From the IMG/VR virus record IMGVR_UViG_3300044796_000662, positions 1 to 64,000 of that record: 64,000 nt of DNA. One strand, given 5' to 3'. A model generated the notes under the pieces. That model did no database searches. It saw only the letters and a list, made by a program, of their open reading frames with translations, and was not told the origin of the DNA. Made by a program: the position numbers and the translations under genes. This document shows positions 8,786 to 18,940 of the stretch, piece after piece. Position 1 is the first letter of the stretch; each line of letters opens with the position of its first letter.

Positions 8786-9628
8786 ATGTGCTGCACGCTC
8801 GAACCCGCGAAGCTCTCGAAGACCATCCTGTACGCAGGCGACACGACCATCGACGGTCAGTACCGCCACGTTCTCGGCTACCAGAACAAGGCCGAGAACC
8901 TCTTCACGGGGCCGAACGCGATGATTCTGCCCTTCCCGTCAGCGGAACGGATGGGACCGGACAACGTCATCGACGTGGGCGAAAACAAGACGGTCCTGGC
9001 GGACATGGCTGAAGCGCTCGAACGTCGCGACCGCCGCTTTGCCAAGGGCATGAGGAGCCTCAGCATGGGCGAGGATGCGCTTCTCGGCAGCTATGTCGAG
9101 GTGTTCGACTCCGGCGATTACACGGTGGTTCTGGCCGCCGACGCCCGCGACATTCCACAAGTTCTCAACAGGGTGCCGGAGAACAAGCGCCCGCGCATCA
9201 ACCGGGAGATCTTCGCGGCGTACGCGCAGTGGTACCCGAATTGGCCCATCGCGCTTTGCTGCTTCGAGGCGAAGAAGGCCGTGGAGAACCAGCCCATGCT
9301 CTGGTGGTACCTGCCGACCTCGCACGACACCCTCTTCCTGCCGGGGCTCGACGGCCACTCCGGGCACGTTCCGAACCTGAAGGAGAAGGTGGACCGCGAG
9401 CACTCAATCGTGGTCGGGACGACCGCGAAGACCGCGCAGCTTACCTCGCAGGGCAGCAAGGTGATCTATGGCAGCACCCTCAGCACGGACCTCAAGAAGT
9501 TCGTGCCGGAGTATGTCGTCGGAGGCAAGATGCACCTGCCCACGCCCAATGGTGACTTCCAGGTGCGCACCGCCAAAGTCCACGAGGCCCGCTACGGCTT
9601 CGACACCGTGGCCCCTCCGGGAGCGTGA
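8786..9628 (+). CDS. conserved hypothetical protein
   Basis: Long ORF with GGAG RBS. 'HVLGYQN.A.N...GPNAMILPFP'. Confidence 0.75.
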   Translation: MCCTLEPAKLSKTILYAGDTTIDGQYRHVLGYQNKAENLFTGPNAMILPFPSAERMGPDNVIDVGENKTVLADMAEALERRDRRFAKGMRSLSMGEDALLGSYVEVFDSGDYTVVLAADARDIPQVLNRVPENKRPRINREIFAAYAQWYPNWPIALCCFEAKKAVENQPMLWWYLPTSHDTLFLPGLDGHSGHVPNLKEKVDREHSIVVGTTAKTAQLTSQGSKVIYGSTLSTDLKKFVPEYVVGGKMHLPTPNGDFQVRTAKVHEARYGFDTVAPPGA

Positions 9629-10029
9629 TGGAGCCTAGCAGCGTCGTCGCCCTGCTCTCGCGCGTCAACCAGTTCGGGACGCGCGAGGTGTGCTGTACGA
9701 CCAGGCGTAACGAGCCCGAGAACCTGTCGCTGCCCGGTGGCGGCATCAAGCCGGGGGAAGACCCGGTCATCGCGTTGGTTCGCGAGTGCGGTGAGGAACT
9801 CGGCAGGGGTCTACGGATCCTCGCTCTGCGGTTCGTCTACGAGCGCGTGGATCCCGTGGACCAAAAGGTGGCGTGGGTCTTCGAGATCACGCAGTGGGAG
9901 GGCGAGCCCCAACAGAACGAAGAAGGCATCGGCGTGTCCTGGCAGAAGCCAGAGCGCCTTCTCTGGGAGGGGTGCACCTTCCGCGAGTACAACCGTGGCC
10001 TCTTCAAGGCGGTAGGGCTGATCCCGTGA
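9625..10029 (+). CDS. Nudix hydrolase
   Basis: Nudix box 'PGGGIKPGEDPVIALVRECGEELG'. Confidence 0.85.
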   Translation: MMEPSSVVALLSRVNQFGTREVCCTTRRNEPENLSLPGGGIKPGEDPVIALVRECGEELGRGLRILALRFVYERVDPVDQKVAWVFEITQWEGEPQQNEEGIGVSWQKPERLLWEGCTFREYNRGLFKAVGLIP

Positions 10030-10476
10030 CTCTCATGTGGCTCGAAACGAAGCGGCTTCTCACGCCTGGACGCGTGGATGCCGACCTGCGCACGGTCTTG
10101 GATCGCAGGTTCAAGACCGTGTCGCTGGCGCGGCAGGGACTTCAAGCTGGGGAACTCGGCTCTTGGCGCGTCATCTACCCGAGGCACCCCACTTTCGGCG
10201 GAGCGGTGGTCCTGCGGCGCAACGGCCACCGCATCGTCTTCCGAACGGAGTGTGAGAACGACTGGTCGGCCTGGTGTTGCTATGTCATGTGCTCGGAACT
10301 CGCTGTCCTGTACCAGGCGGAGTGCGGCGAAGAAGGCGTCGATGTCACGTGGACAGCCGATCTCTCGAAGTGGCCTCGGTTCGAAGACTTCGTACGAACG
10401 GTGTATCGACGCACGAACGAACAGACTATCCAGTCACATCTTGATGAAGTTCCTGTCGCGCTGCTAGGAGAGCCGC

Positions 10477-10785
10477 ATGAGAAAGATCGAAGCCCCGATC
10501 GTCACGCTGACCTGCAAGTTCGGCGAGACCACTCTGACCGTGACGCGCATGCGGAACGGCAAGCCGCCAGTCGCCAAGCTCCAGCGCGAAGGTGAAGAGC
10601 CCATCGAGGCTCCCCTCATCTACGGCGAGCCTTTGGCAGGGTTCGACGAGGAGGAGAGTCGCGCGGCCTTCACCATCTCGGACAGCCTCTCAAGCGTGCA
10701 CGCGAACCTCGCGAACAGCGAGTCCATGCATGCCGAGATCGAGCGTGCCCGTGAGCGCCGTCGCTCCGAGCGTCCGCACGCTTAG
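10477..10785 (+). CDS. hypothetical protein
   Basis: ORF with GGAG RBS. Confidence 0.6.
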   Translation: MRKIEAPIVTLTCKFGETTLTVTRMRNGKPPVAKLQREGEEPIEAPLIYGEPLAGFDEEESRAAFTISDSLSSVHANLANSESMHAEIERARERRRSERPHA

Positions 10786-11231
10786 GGGTTCGCCCGCAGA
10801 TCGGCGCGCAGCTCCATGAGCAGGCGGCCTAGCCAGTTCTCTCCCTGGCCGTTGACCTGCCCCCAGAACACGTCGCCCCAGGTGTTGCCCTCGATCAGCT
10901 CCGCATCGCCGGTATCCAGGAGCCTCTCCTTGAGGTGCTCGTTCTGAACCGACGTGAACTTGGAGCGGAGGACCTGGCGCATGACGTCAATCCGCATCTC
11001 GTTCCAGCCGTCACGGAGCCGGATGGGTCCCTTCTTCCCGGCGTACTTCTTCGCCTCTCCCGGCGTCAGGAGATCTCGGATCTCCTCGCGCTGCGCTTGA
11101 ATCAGCGTCTTGGCTGCCTGAAAGGCGTGCTCACTGGTCCGGTAGAGAATGCCCTCGTAGAGCGTGGGCGCCGAGTAGAAGTTGCTGAGGAATCGGTACT
11201 CGCCGTTAAACTCGGAGATGACGTTCACCAT
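10782..11231 (-). CDS. NADAR (YbiA-like) family protein
   Basis: 'FLSNFY', 'TSEHAFQAAK', 'LLDTGDAELIEGNTWGDVFWG...GENWLGRLLMELR'. Confidence 0.93.
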   Translation of the reverse strand: MVNVISEFNGEYRFLSNFYSAPTLYEGILYRTSEHAFQAAKTLIQAQREEIRDLLTPGEAKKYAGKKGPIRLRDGWNEMRIDVMRQVLRSKFTSVQNEHLKERLLDTGDAELIEGNTWGDVFWGQVNGQGENWLGRLLMELRADLRANP

Positions 11232-11234
11232 GCT

Positions 11235-11744
11235 CTACTCCGTGTCGAAGTCGTAGACGTGGACTTGCTGCCCTTGAAGCGCCTTCTCCAGGAGCGGTTC
11301 GATCTCCTCCCACTTGCCGCCCGCGAGCCCGGTTCCGATCCGCGGCATGTGGACGGTGGCCCCGAGGATGTTCGAGAGAGGTACGAGCTTGTCGAGGCAG
11401 AGAGCGAGAGAGGGGTAGCGGATGGGGGGTCCGTTGCTGCCCGTGCCGATGCCGTGTTGGGCGACCATGTTCACGACGAAGATGTCCTCCTCGACCACCT
11501 CGATGAGCTGCACCTCGCCAAGCTTGCAAGGGCCCGTCATGAGCAGACGCGAACCCATGGTCTGGTCGTTCTTCGCGCGTCCCGAGTACCAATCGAGATA
11601 GTGCGACCTGGTCTTCGGCCACTTCTTCGACACGGCCATCACGAAGCCCTTGCCCCATTTGCCGATGTCGTTGCAGATGTGCGCGATGATCTTGGGACCC
11701 TTGACGGACGGTGATGTCGCGTCTCCGTGTACGTACGTGATCAT
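11235..11744 (-). CDS. Macro domain protein (DarG/TARG1/Poa1p-like ADP-ribosylhydrolase)
   Basis: 'YVHGDAT', 'IAHICNDIGKWGKGF', 'HMPRIGTGLAGGKW'. Confidence 0.9.
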   Translation of the reverse strand: MITYVHGDATSPSVKGPKIIAHICNDIGKWGKGFVMAVSKKWPKTRSHYLDWYSGRAKNDQTMGSRLLMTGPCKLGEVQLIEVVEEDIFVVNMVAQHGIGTGSNGPPIRYPSLALCLDKLVPLSNILGATVHMPRIGTGLAGGKWEEIEPLLEKALQGQQVHVYDFDTE

Positions 11745-11807
11745 CGTGTCCTCCCTACACCACCCGAAAGGTCGCCCAGGTGATGCTTTTTATGCACCCT
11801 CAAAGGC

Positions 11808-11963
11808 ATGGGGATCGGGAAGAAGCACTTTCTCGGAGTGGACTTTCGGAAGCGCACCACCCCGATCGTCCGCACCTACCTCTTCATCCGGAAGCCCAAG
11901 AGCAAGGTCGTCATCGCCATCGTGGAATACACGAAGGGCGCCGTACGGATCATCGCTTCCTGA
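11808..11963 (+). CDS. 51-aa basic protein (absent from ORF track)
   Basis: MGIGKKHFLG...RIIAS, GC3-rich codons, TTTAT element 14 nt upstream. Confidence 0.55.
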   Translation: MGIGKKHFLGVDFRKRTTPIVRTYLFIRKPKSKVVIAIVEYTKGAVRIIAS

Positions 11964-12195
11964 CGTCGTACTCGTTCTGACGACGCAGCCAGAAGTCGGA
12001 GCTGACGTTGAGGATGTGCTCGAAGCGCTCCGCATGCTCGGGCCGGATCGCCGTCTTGCCTGCGAGGATGCTGAGGATGTCCTCGTGCGGGATGCCAGTA
12101 GCCAGGGCGAACGCTTCTGCGTGAAGACCCCGAGCGTGGAGCATCTCGCGCAACGTCTCCCCCGGCGGAGTTACCGTGACGGGGTGATTGTTCAT
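11950..12195 (-). CDS. HigA-like HTH antitoxin (orphan)
   Basis: 'PPGETLRE...I..G...I.PE.A...FWL..QN.YD'. Confidence 0.8.
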   Translation of the reverse strand: MNNHPVTVTPPGETLREMLHARGLHAEAFALATGIPHEDILSILAGKTAIRPEHAERFEHILNVSSDFWLRRQNEYDVRKR

Positions 12196-12241
12196 CTCCT
12201 CTCTTACACCGGACGGTCCTGAAGACGGTGTACTTCTTTCC

Positions 12242-12571
12242 ATGCGACGTGAGCCTCCGACTCTGGCAGAGCTGAAGCAGGCACCCCCTGCTCGCTGCCC
12301 CCTCTGCAAGCGGCCCAACTACCACCCCACCGACCACCATCTGGTCCCCAAGTCTCGCGGTGGGGAGGATACCGAGACCCTCTGCCGCGACTGCCACAAG
12401 GCCATCCACGCGACGTTCAGCAACAAGGAGCTGGAACGGGCCTACAACACGGTGGAAGCGCTCATGGCGCACGAGGGGTTCGCCAAGCAGGTCCGCTTCA
12501 TCTCGAAGCAGGACGGGCGTGTCAACATCAAACTGGCCAAGAACCAGCAGCGGCGCGGGCGCAACGGTTGA
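12242..12571 (+). CDS. small HNH endonuclease
   Basis: 'CPLC...TDHHLVPKSRGG....LCRDCHKAIH'. Confidence 0.85.
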   Translation: MRREPPTLAELKQAPPARCPLCKRPNYHPTDHHLVPKSRGGEDTETLCRDCHKAIHATFSNKELERAYNTVEALMAHEGFAKQVRFISKQDGRVNIKLAKNQQRRGRNG

Positions 12572-12613
12572 AATTCCCCAAGAGATTCCGTCTCCCGGTG
12601 TACGTGTCTCTTC

Positions 12614-13447
12614 GTGGCGGTCTTGACTACCAGAAAGAAGGTGCTTGAGCACCGCCGTGACCGTGAGGTCACCCGCAAGGCCCTGTCGCGATTCCTGTCC
12701 GTCCTCTCTCCCGTGACCGCGATCCAGCTCTTCACCGGGCCGGAGAACAAGCCGCTCGATGCAAGGTACGCGGGTCTGCCGCCTTACGGCCGGCGCGCCC
12801 TCGAACGCCTGCGTGATGAGGGCATCATCACCCTCCAGCGTCCCTTCTATAGGCTCGCGGACGACGGTAAGAAGAAGCTGGAGGAGATCCTCAGCGACGA
12901 CAAGAAGCTCGACCTCTTCCACCTCGCGGACAAGTACCTGCCCAAGTCCAAGACAGACTCGGATGATTCCGAGGATCTGGCCAGTGTGTTCGAACAGCTC
13001 GATCAGGCGGCGGCCGCTGTGGGTGGCTCGGACATCGAGGACGTTCTCGACAAGGCTGCCGAGAACGTCCAGGGACTCGACCCCAAGACCACGCCTCTGG
13101 AGTTCGCGACTCCGTTCGACCCCTCTGCGCCGCAGGCCGAGCCGGAACCCAAGGAAGGAGACGAGGTCCCCTTCCCGTTTTACGTCGCTGCCCGCTTCGA
13201 CCATCTACAGGAGCAGTTCACGGATCTCGCGGAGATTGTTCCCGTAGACACGAAGGACCGGCTCGACGCTCTCGGAGCCGGTATCCAGGCCGTACGCAAG
13301 GACTTCGAGGCGCTCGCCGAGATGTTCCTCAAGACGGCCCTCGCGGTCGAGCAGATCGTGGACATCACGAAGCAAGACCACGAGTTCCTCATGAGCCTAC
13401 GTGAATCCCTCAAGCCCAAGGTCCCAACGAACCATGTCCAACCGTAG
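12614..13447 (+). CDS. hypothetical protein
   Basis: GTG 11 nt after CGGTGTA. Confidence 0.7.
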   Translation: MAVLTTRKKVLEHRRDREVTRKALSRFLSVLSPVTAIQLFTGPENKPLDARYAGLPPYGRRALERLRDEGIITLQRPFYRLADDGKKKLEEILSDDKKLDLFHLADKYLPKSKTDSDDSEDLASVFEQLDQAAAAVGGSDIEDVLDKAAENVQGLDPKTTPLEFATPFDPSAPQAEPEPKEGDEVPFPFYVAARFDHLQEQFTDLAEIVPVDTKDRLDALGAGIQAVRKDFEALAEMFLKTALAVEQIVDITKQDHEFLMSLRESLKPKVPTNHVQP

Positions 13448-14414
13448 CCTCGAAGACCTCGTGCGGGAGTACCGCAGCGGCACGCTCAACGAGCGCGAGA
13501 AGGCCGAGTACGAGCAGGCCATCTACACGCAAGCGACGATGGAGAAGGCTCGCGAGCCGGGGGAAGATCGCGTCGCGTTCCTCTATCGTGCGCTCGGTGT
13601 CCCGAAGTACGAGAGCGTGAACCGGCAGGCGCTCCTCACCCGCGGGGACAACGTTGACCTGCTCTGGGAGCGCGTCATGCGCGATTCCCTGCCCGTCACT
13701 TCTGCGGTGCACTTCGCCAGGCAGGCGCAGACGATTTGCTACAACGAGCACATCGCCTTTCCCGAGGCTCTGAAGCGCGTGCTCGATGAGTACGATGCCC
13801 GGCCTGGCGTTACCGCGTTGAAGAGCGGCAAGATCGTCAAGAAGTCCGCGCCGAACAGGCTGCGCAAGCTGGAAGTCAAGATGAAGCCGGAGGCCAAGAC
13901 TTCGCCCAAGCTGCCGGCAGCGCCCACCGTGCCCCTGCTCGAAGAACCTCCGGTCGCGAAGAACGCTCGCGACACATGGCGCGTCATCCGGCAGATCACG
14001 GAGAACATGCTCAACGAGCGGATGGCCGGCTGCGACCCTGTCTTCATCGAGACCATGCTCCGAGACTTCCGTCACGATCTGGAAGCGCTCATCGAGAGCT
14101 ACCAGAGCCGCATCAACCGCGTCGGTGCTGCTCACCGGGGAGAGACCCTCCTGCCAGTCGAGAATCAGAAGGACGAGATCAACGACGCCTGCCGTGAGCT
14201 GAGCCTCGACGAGATCGAGAACATCGGCGACGTCATCGACATCATCCAGGCGCGCAAGAACGCAAGATCGTTCCTCGCCAAGTTCCACCCGGACAAGAAC
14301 CCGGGCAAAGAGAAGCTGTTCACCACGAAGTACAGGGCTGTCCAAGAGGCCCTTACGACGCTGGAAACCTACAACGATGTACATGGAGTGAAGGCCAATG
14401 CCGGAAGCAACTGA
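13434..14414 (+). CDS. hypothetical protein with C-terminal J-domain-like region
   Basis: 'FLAKFHPDKNPG...YRAVQEA..TL'. Confidence 0.65.
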   Translation: MSNRSLEDLVREYRSGTLNEREKAEYEQAIYTQATMEKAREPGEDRVAFLYRALGVPKYESVNRQALLTRGDNVDLLWERVMRDSLPVTSAVHFARQAQTICYNEHIAFPEALKRVLDEYDARPGVTALKSGKIVKKSAPNRLRKLEVKMKPEAKTSPKLPAAPTVPLLEEPPVAKNARDTWRVIRQITENMLNERMAGCDPVFIETMLRDFRHDLEALIESYQSRINRVGAAHRGETLLPVENQKDEINDACRELSLDEIENIGDVIDIIQARKNARSFLAKFHPDKNPGKEKLFTTKYRAVQEALTTLETYNDVHGVKANAGSN

Positions 14415-15012
14415 GACCACCACAACCCGTCGCCGGCGTGCCGGCACATCCAAGAACGTCCTCACGGCCATCGGCCAGGGGGAGTTCGACTTCGACGAGT
14501 CGCTCTCGTACCCAAAGCGCGCAGCCGCCATCCTCATCGAGGCCGCCAAGCGCTACCCGCTGGAGACCATCCCGTGGAGGTACCTCTTCAAGGCCATCAC
14601 CGGCCTCGATCGTCTGCTCACGAACGAGTCGCCTCAGGTGCTCGACCTCGCGAAGCGCTCGCAGGCGATCCGTGACGAGCTGGAGAAGCACCCGCACTGC
14701 GGCCTGGTCAACGAGGAGACCGGAGTCCGCTGCACGACCAACGACGCCGACTACGCCGAGCACGTCGCTCTGCCCACGGCGAAGCGGTGGGCAGCCGCGG
14801 GGCGCAAGCTCCAGCAGCGCTCGCAGAACTTCAACCCGAGCGCGATCCCGGCGAGCCACACGATGAAGCGCTTCGGTCACGCCGTCGCGAACGTCGCCAA
14901 GGAGCTGCGGGCGGCCGACTTCGAGACCAAGCTCCGTCTGCCCCCGAAGCCGGAGCGCCGCAAGGCTCCGACGACGCAGACCACGAACGGACGCGAGCCC
15001 GGCAGCGCGTGA
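14398..15012 (+). CDS. hypothetical protein
   Basis: Coding-like ORF. Confidence 0.7.
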   Translation: MPEATETTTTRRRRAGTSKNVLTAIGQGEFDFDESLSYPKRAAAILIEAAKRYPLETIPWRYLFKAITGLDRLLTNESPQVLDLAKRSQAIRDELEKHPHCGLVNEETGVRCTTNDADYAEHVALPTAKRWAAAGRKLQQRSQNFNPSAIPASHTMKRFGHAVANVAKELRAADFETKLRLPPKPERRKAPTTQTTNGREPGSA

Positions 15013-15333
15013 TGGTCGCCCTCGACACGCGAGGCCCCTTCACCGGGGCCTCGCGGAAGAGCGGCTAGACTCCGGACCCCGGGTGGAAGGTCTTGAGCGT
15101 GAGCCACAAGAGGTAGACGAACTCGTGGGTGCACGACTCGAAGCCCTCCGCAAGGGCGTCCTCGATCACCTTGTCGGCGATGGCCACAAGTTGAAGGTGC
15201 TGGTTGAGGTCGAAGTCCTCGGGATCCAGCTTCGCATCTCTCACCCGTTCAACGAGGCGCCCGCCAGCGAAGACCGAGAGAGCCATCTCCGGTCCGGCGT
15301 GCTCCATGAGCAGCTTGAGGTCGTCTCGCACGG

Positions 15334-15672
15334 TCAGCTCCGTAGGCGCGGTCGAGGAACTGTCACGTCGTGGATCCAGAGCCCGAGCTTCGGCTTGCCG
15401 AACCAGGCGCACACCTGCATGAGCGGGTGACCCACGAGGTTGTGGACCGTCCAGGCATGACGCACGAAGCGGAAGCGGCGTCCCTCGAAGACCTTCGGGC
15501 AGAGACGCATGAGCAAGTCCACCGTGTCCGCGTTGTGCAACTCGACGGGAGGGCCACCATCCGCAATGTGCACGGTCACACGCAGCTCGTCGAGCCTCCG
15601 CATGTCGATTGTGCGGATAGAGCTGCGGGCGACGACCATCTCCCCGACCTGTACCAGCTCGTTGGGGATCAT
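15334..15672 (-). CDS. hypothetical protein
   Basis: ORF. 'HNLVGHPLM..C.W....LG.WIHD.T.P'. Confidence 0.6.
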   Translation of the reverse strand: MIPNELVQVGEMVVARSSIRTIDMRRLDELRVTVHIADGGPPVELHNADTVDLLMRLCPKVFEGRRFRFVRHAWTVHNLVGHPLMQVCAWFGKPKLGLWIHDVTVPRPRLRS

Positions 15673-16019
15673 GCTCGTGGTCCCCTCATGATCTCGGACA
15701 GGGTATCGGCGAAGTAACGCGAGCGCTCCGGCCCATCGAGGTCTTTCAGCGTCCGCTCGACGTTCTCGATGAACTCCTGGCGGGCGCGGGCAATCTCGTG
15801 GCGCAGACGGTAGTAGCGCACGTCGATCAGAAGCCTCGAAACGCTCTTGTAGATGACGAACACTTGGAGAGCGCTGATCACGACAGCGATTCCGTAGGTG
15901 CCATGCCAGATGAGCACCCCCGAGGCGAAGAGGAGCAGGGCACTGAGCAGGAGCGGCAGGCAGCTCCCGAAGATGATGTGCGTGAGCCGCACGATCGGCA
16001 TGTTGTGGGTCGCACGCAT
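15669..16019 (-). CDS. two-TM membrane protein
   Basis: Two hydrophobic stretches. Confidence 0.6.
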   Translation of the reverse strand: MRATHNMPIVRLTHIIFGSCLPLLLSALLLFASGVLIWHGTYGIAVVISALQVFVIYKSVSRLLIDVRYYRLRHEIARARQEFIENVERTLKDLDGPERSRYFADTLSEIMRGPRA

Positions 16020-16022
16020 GAC

Positions 16023-17342
16023 TTACAGGCTGGCGAGCACCGGAGCGGGGAGACGCATCGCGGCGGGGACCTCGATGGTCAGGTTGTCGGTCCTGCCCTT
16101 GAGGTTGAAGTTGTCGTCGATGAACTTGATGACGTCGTCAGCGTTGATGTTCTTCGGGAACACGATGTTCGGCCCGTGCTTGTCGAGCATGACCGCGTAG
16201 ATCCGGCCGCTCGGCAGATCGAACGCCTTGAGCCCCTGGCTGGTGTTGCGGCCACACTGGTGAGAACCGCACTCGTACGGGCGCTGCGATGCCTCTGGCA
16301 CCACTGAACCCGGCTTCTTCGGGCAGTGGAAGTGGACGATGCAGTCCGCACCCGGGTGCTCACGGAAGATGATGCGCTGGCTCTGGCCGCCGACCGAGGG
16401 CTTGAAGCCGTACGCCTTGACCTGGTTGTTGTCCTTGGCCTCGACGAGCACGAGACCCGTCTTGTACAGGTCGTTGAAGTTCGACTTGCGGATCGACGTG
16501 AGGAACCGGCCGTTGCCGATGTTGACCGCGAAGTGGCCCACCGTGGAGCCCAGGAACGGCTTGTACGCGCCTTCCATGCGGCAGTGGTCCACCACCCGCC
16601 GCAGAGACTCCGGCACGTCCTGCGACTCCCACGACACGGAGGCGCCGCCTTCGACGACCGTTGAACGGGTGAAGGTCCCGTTGATGTGCCGCAGGACCGT
16701 CATCTCGATGAGGCCGTGGAGCGCCTCGATGCGGTCGGTCGTCTCGTGGTAGCGCGCCTGCTCGGGCGTGATGACCATGTTGAGCTTCGTCTCGCCGTCG
16801 TTGGCCAGCACGAGGTTGCAGGAGGACTTCTTGAGGAGCTTGAGCCCTTCGAGGTACTGCTCGTCAGGGGTACGTCCGAACGTCTGCTTGAAGCCCACGA
16901 GGAAGACGTCCTTACGAGTCTTGCGGATCTTCTGGATGACCTTGGGCAAAGGCTCCAGCGTCATGGTCTTGGTCCCTTCGTCCGTCCGCAGCCGGGTCTT
17001 CCGCTGGCCGAAGTTGTCGGTGAAGTGCCCGCCCATCACCTTGCCGTCGAAGTCCACCATCGCGCAGCTCATGAAGATGATCTTCGTGAGCGGGTCGGCG
17101 AGCACCTCGTCGAGCTTCTTGGACACGTCGTCCGGCGTGACCAGCTTGGAGAGCGGGTCACCCTGCCGCGTCAAGTGCACTTGGATCGAGTACCCGTCCA
17201 GAGGGTTGTGCGAGCCGTGGTAGAATTCGTCCCTGATCTGCAACGCGGTCTTGCCGGTCCCGCGTGCCGCGAGGGAAAGATGGGGGGCCACGTCGATGAA
17301 GGTCCCGCCGCCGAAGATGTGGACGATGCCTCGTGTTTCCAT
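16023..17342 (-). CDS. CoaB/Dfp-like ligase domain fused to class II aldolase-like domain
   Basis: 'FGGGT', 'MSCAMVDF', 'FLVGFK', 'CNLVLAND' (Dfp-like). C-terminal 'KPS....Q..I...HP....IVHFH', 'HG' (aldolase II-like). Confidence 0.7.
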   Translation of the reverse strand: METRGIVHIFGGGTFIDVAPHLSLAARGTGKTALQIRDEFYHGSHNPLDGYSIQVHLTRQGDPLSKLVTPDDVSKKLDEVLADPLTKIIFMSCAMVDFDGKVMGGHFTDNFGQRKTRLRTDEGTKTMTLEPLPKVIQKIRKTRKDVFLVGFKQTFGRTPDEQYLEGLKLLKKSSCNLVLANDGETKLNMVITPEQARYHETTDRIEALHGLIEMTVLRHINGTFTRSTVVEGGASVSWESQDVPESLRRVVDHCRMEGAYKPFLGSTVGHFAVNIGNGRFLTSIRKSNFNDLYKTGLVLVEAKDNNQVKAYGFKPSVGGQSQRIIFREHPGADCIVHFHCPKKPGSVVPEASQRPYECGSHQCGRNTSQGLKAFDLPSGRIYAVMLDKHGPNIVFPKNINADDVIKFIDDNFNLKGRTDNLTIEVPAAMRLPAPVLASL

Positions 17343-17425
17343 GCTGTTTCTTCTACACCTCCAGGGCCGTCGAGTCCCCAAGAAAAGTTCCCTTACTAGG
17401 TGAAGCGGCGGTGTATAAGTAGGAC

Positions 17426-17665
17426 ATGCCCACGATGACGGCTGAAGAGAAGGCACGGGAGGTCGAACGGCTCAAGGACCCTCGCCAGTGGCCCCTCTAC
17501 CCACGGATCCCTGTGAAGCGTTTCCGGAAGGACGAGAGCTACGAGTTCGGGATCGTGCTCGCCAACGGCGACGAGCCCGTGCCGGTCGTGTTCAACGAAG
17601 GCGTGCACGAGGCCAAGTTCGAGTCCATCGAGGCCATGGTGGACGCCGGCTGGATGGTGGACTGA
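17426..17665 (+). CDS. hypothetical protein
   Basis: ATG 10 nt after CGGTGTA. Confidence 0.7.
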   Translation: MPTMTAEEKAREVERLKDPRQWPLYPRIPVKRFRKDESYEFGIVLANGDEPVPVVFNEGVHEAKFESIEAMVDAGWMVD

Positions 17666-17668
17666 AAC

Positions 17669-18352
17669 ATGAGCAGGTTCAACATCTGGGGGTACAAGGG
17701 TGAGGTACGAGACAGCCTGCCCATCCGCATCGTGGGTGACTTCGAAGAGGCGAAGCGGGACACGGACGACTCGTTCGACCAGGGCAAGCACACGAAGATC
17801 CTCGTGATTGACAATGCCGTGGGCAAGGTCGTCTATGCCCGCGAGGTCCAGTACGGTGCCCACTGCACCTACTGCGGCAAGCCGATGGGGGAGCAGAGCT
17901 GGCCGAAGAAGTGCCCTAGCCCGACCTGCGGACACCTCATGTACCTCAACCCGGTGCCTGTTGTTGTCACGCTCGTGCCCGTGGAAGTGTGGACGGGCTC
18001 CGTTGGACTGCTCATCATCCAACGAGGCATCCAGCCTGGTCGTGGGCTGTGGGCGCTCCCGGGCGGGTACATGGACGCCAAGGAGCAGTGGCAGGACGCC
18101 AGCGCCCGCGAGGTCTTCGAGGAAGTGAAGCTCCGGGTCCATCCGGACAAGATGAAGCTGTCCCACCTCGTCACGTCTTCGAACGGCCGGCTTCTCGTGT
18201 TCGGCGTGACGGAGACCGTGCCCTTCTCGGCGCTTCAGGACTTCCGGGCGAACGAGGAAGTCCTTGACATCAAAGTGATTCACCAGGCGATCCCGCTGGT
18301 CTTCCCGCTCCACACGGAGGCTGCCGAGCGCTTCTTCAGGTCCGCTGCGTGA
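17669..18352 (+). CDS. Nudix hydrolase with zinc ribbon
   Basis: 'HCTYCG...CP..TCG...YLNP', 'WALPGGYMD..E....ASAREVFEE'. Confidence 0.88.
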   Translation: MSRFNIWGYKGEVRDSLPIRIVGDFEEAKRDTDDSFDQGKHTKILVIDNAVGKVVYAREVQYGAHCTYCGKPMGEQSWPKKCPSPTCGHLMYLNPVPVVVTLVPVEVWTGSVGLLIIQRGIQPGRGLWALPGGYMDAKEQWQDASAREVFEEVKLRVHPDKMKLSHLVTSSNGRLLVFGVTETVPFSALQDFRANEEVLDIKVIHQAIPLVFPLHTEAAERFFRSAA

Positions 18353-18370
18353 CCCGTGGACCTTCAGCCC

Positions 18371-18931
18371 TCAGTTCAGCGAGAGACGGCCCGTGCGGAG
18401 GGCGGAGACCTTCGCACGCAAGAGCTTGTTCCACTGGTCTCGGAAGGTCTCGTCCGGGGAGATGCCCCCTTCGAGGATCTCTCGGATGGCGGAGAGGCAG
18501 AGCTGCTCGGCCTGAGCGTCGTCGATGCCGTGGAACTGCTCGATGACGTCAGGAGGGTGCAGGTAGGTGTAGCCGTCGTCCACGAAGTCCGGGTCCGGTG
18601 CCGGGAAGTGGTCGGGATCGATGGTGAGGATCTGGAATTCGTAGGCCGCTTCAGGGTAGATGCGAGCGGCCGGAGCGAGCCCCTGGACGTCGCGCAGGCA
18701 GACCACCGTGACGATCCACCACTCCCACCACGGGTGCGCTCCGGGGCGGTTCAGGAGCCACGAGGAGACCGTAGCCTCCTGCTCCGGCCCCTCATCCGTA
18801 GGGCGGAGCAGCCAGGCCCTTCCTGCCGGTCCTTCTTCGTCGGGCGCTCGCAAAGGTTCCTCGTCGTTCCACCTCTGCGAGTCAATCAAAACGTCTTCGA
18901 TGCGGGACCGAGGATTCGAGCTGGTGGTCAT
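18371..18931 (-). CDS. hypothetical protein
   Basis: ORF. 'PGAHPWW'. Confidence 0.65.
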   Translation of the reverse strand: MTTSSNPRSRIEDVLIDSQRWNDEEPLRAPDEEGPAGRAWLLRPTDEGPEQEATVSSWLLNRPGAHPWWEWWIVTVVCLRDVQGLAPAARIYPEAAYEFQILTIDPDHFPAPDPDFVDDGYTYLHPPDVIEQFHGIDDAQAEQLCLSAIREILEGGISPDETFRDQWNKLLRAKVSALRTGRLSLN

Positions 18932-18940
18932 GAGGCTTCC

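Noticed and set aside
6979-12195. Complete MqsRA or HigBA toxin-antitoxin modules
   Set aside because: Only antitoxin-like parts are present, with no adjacent recognisable toxin.
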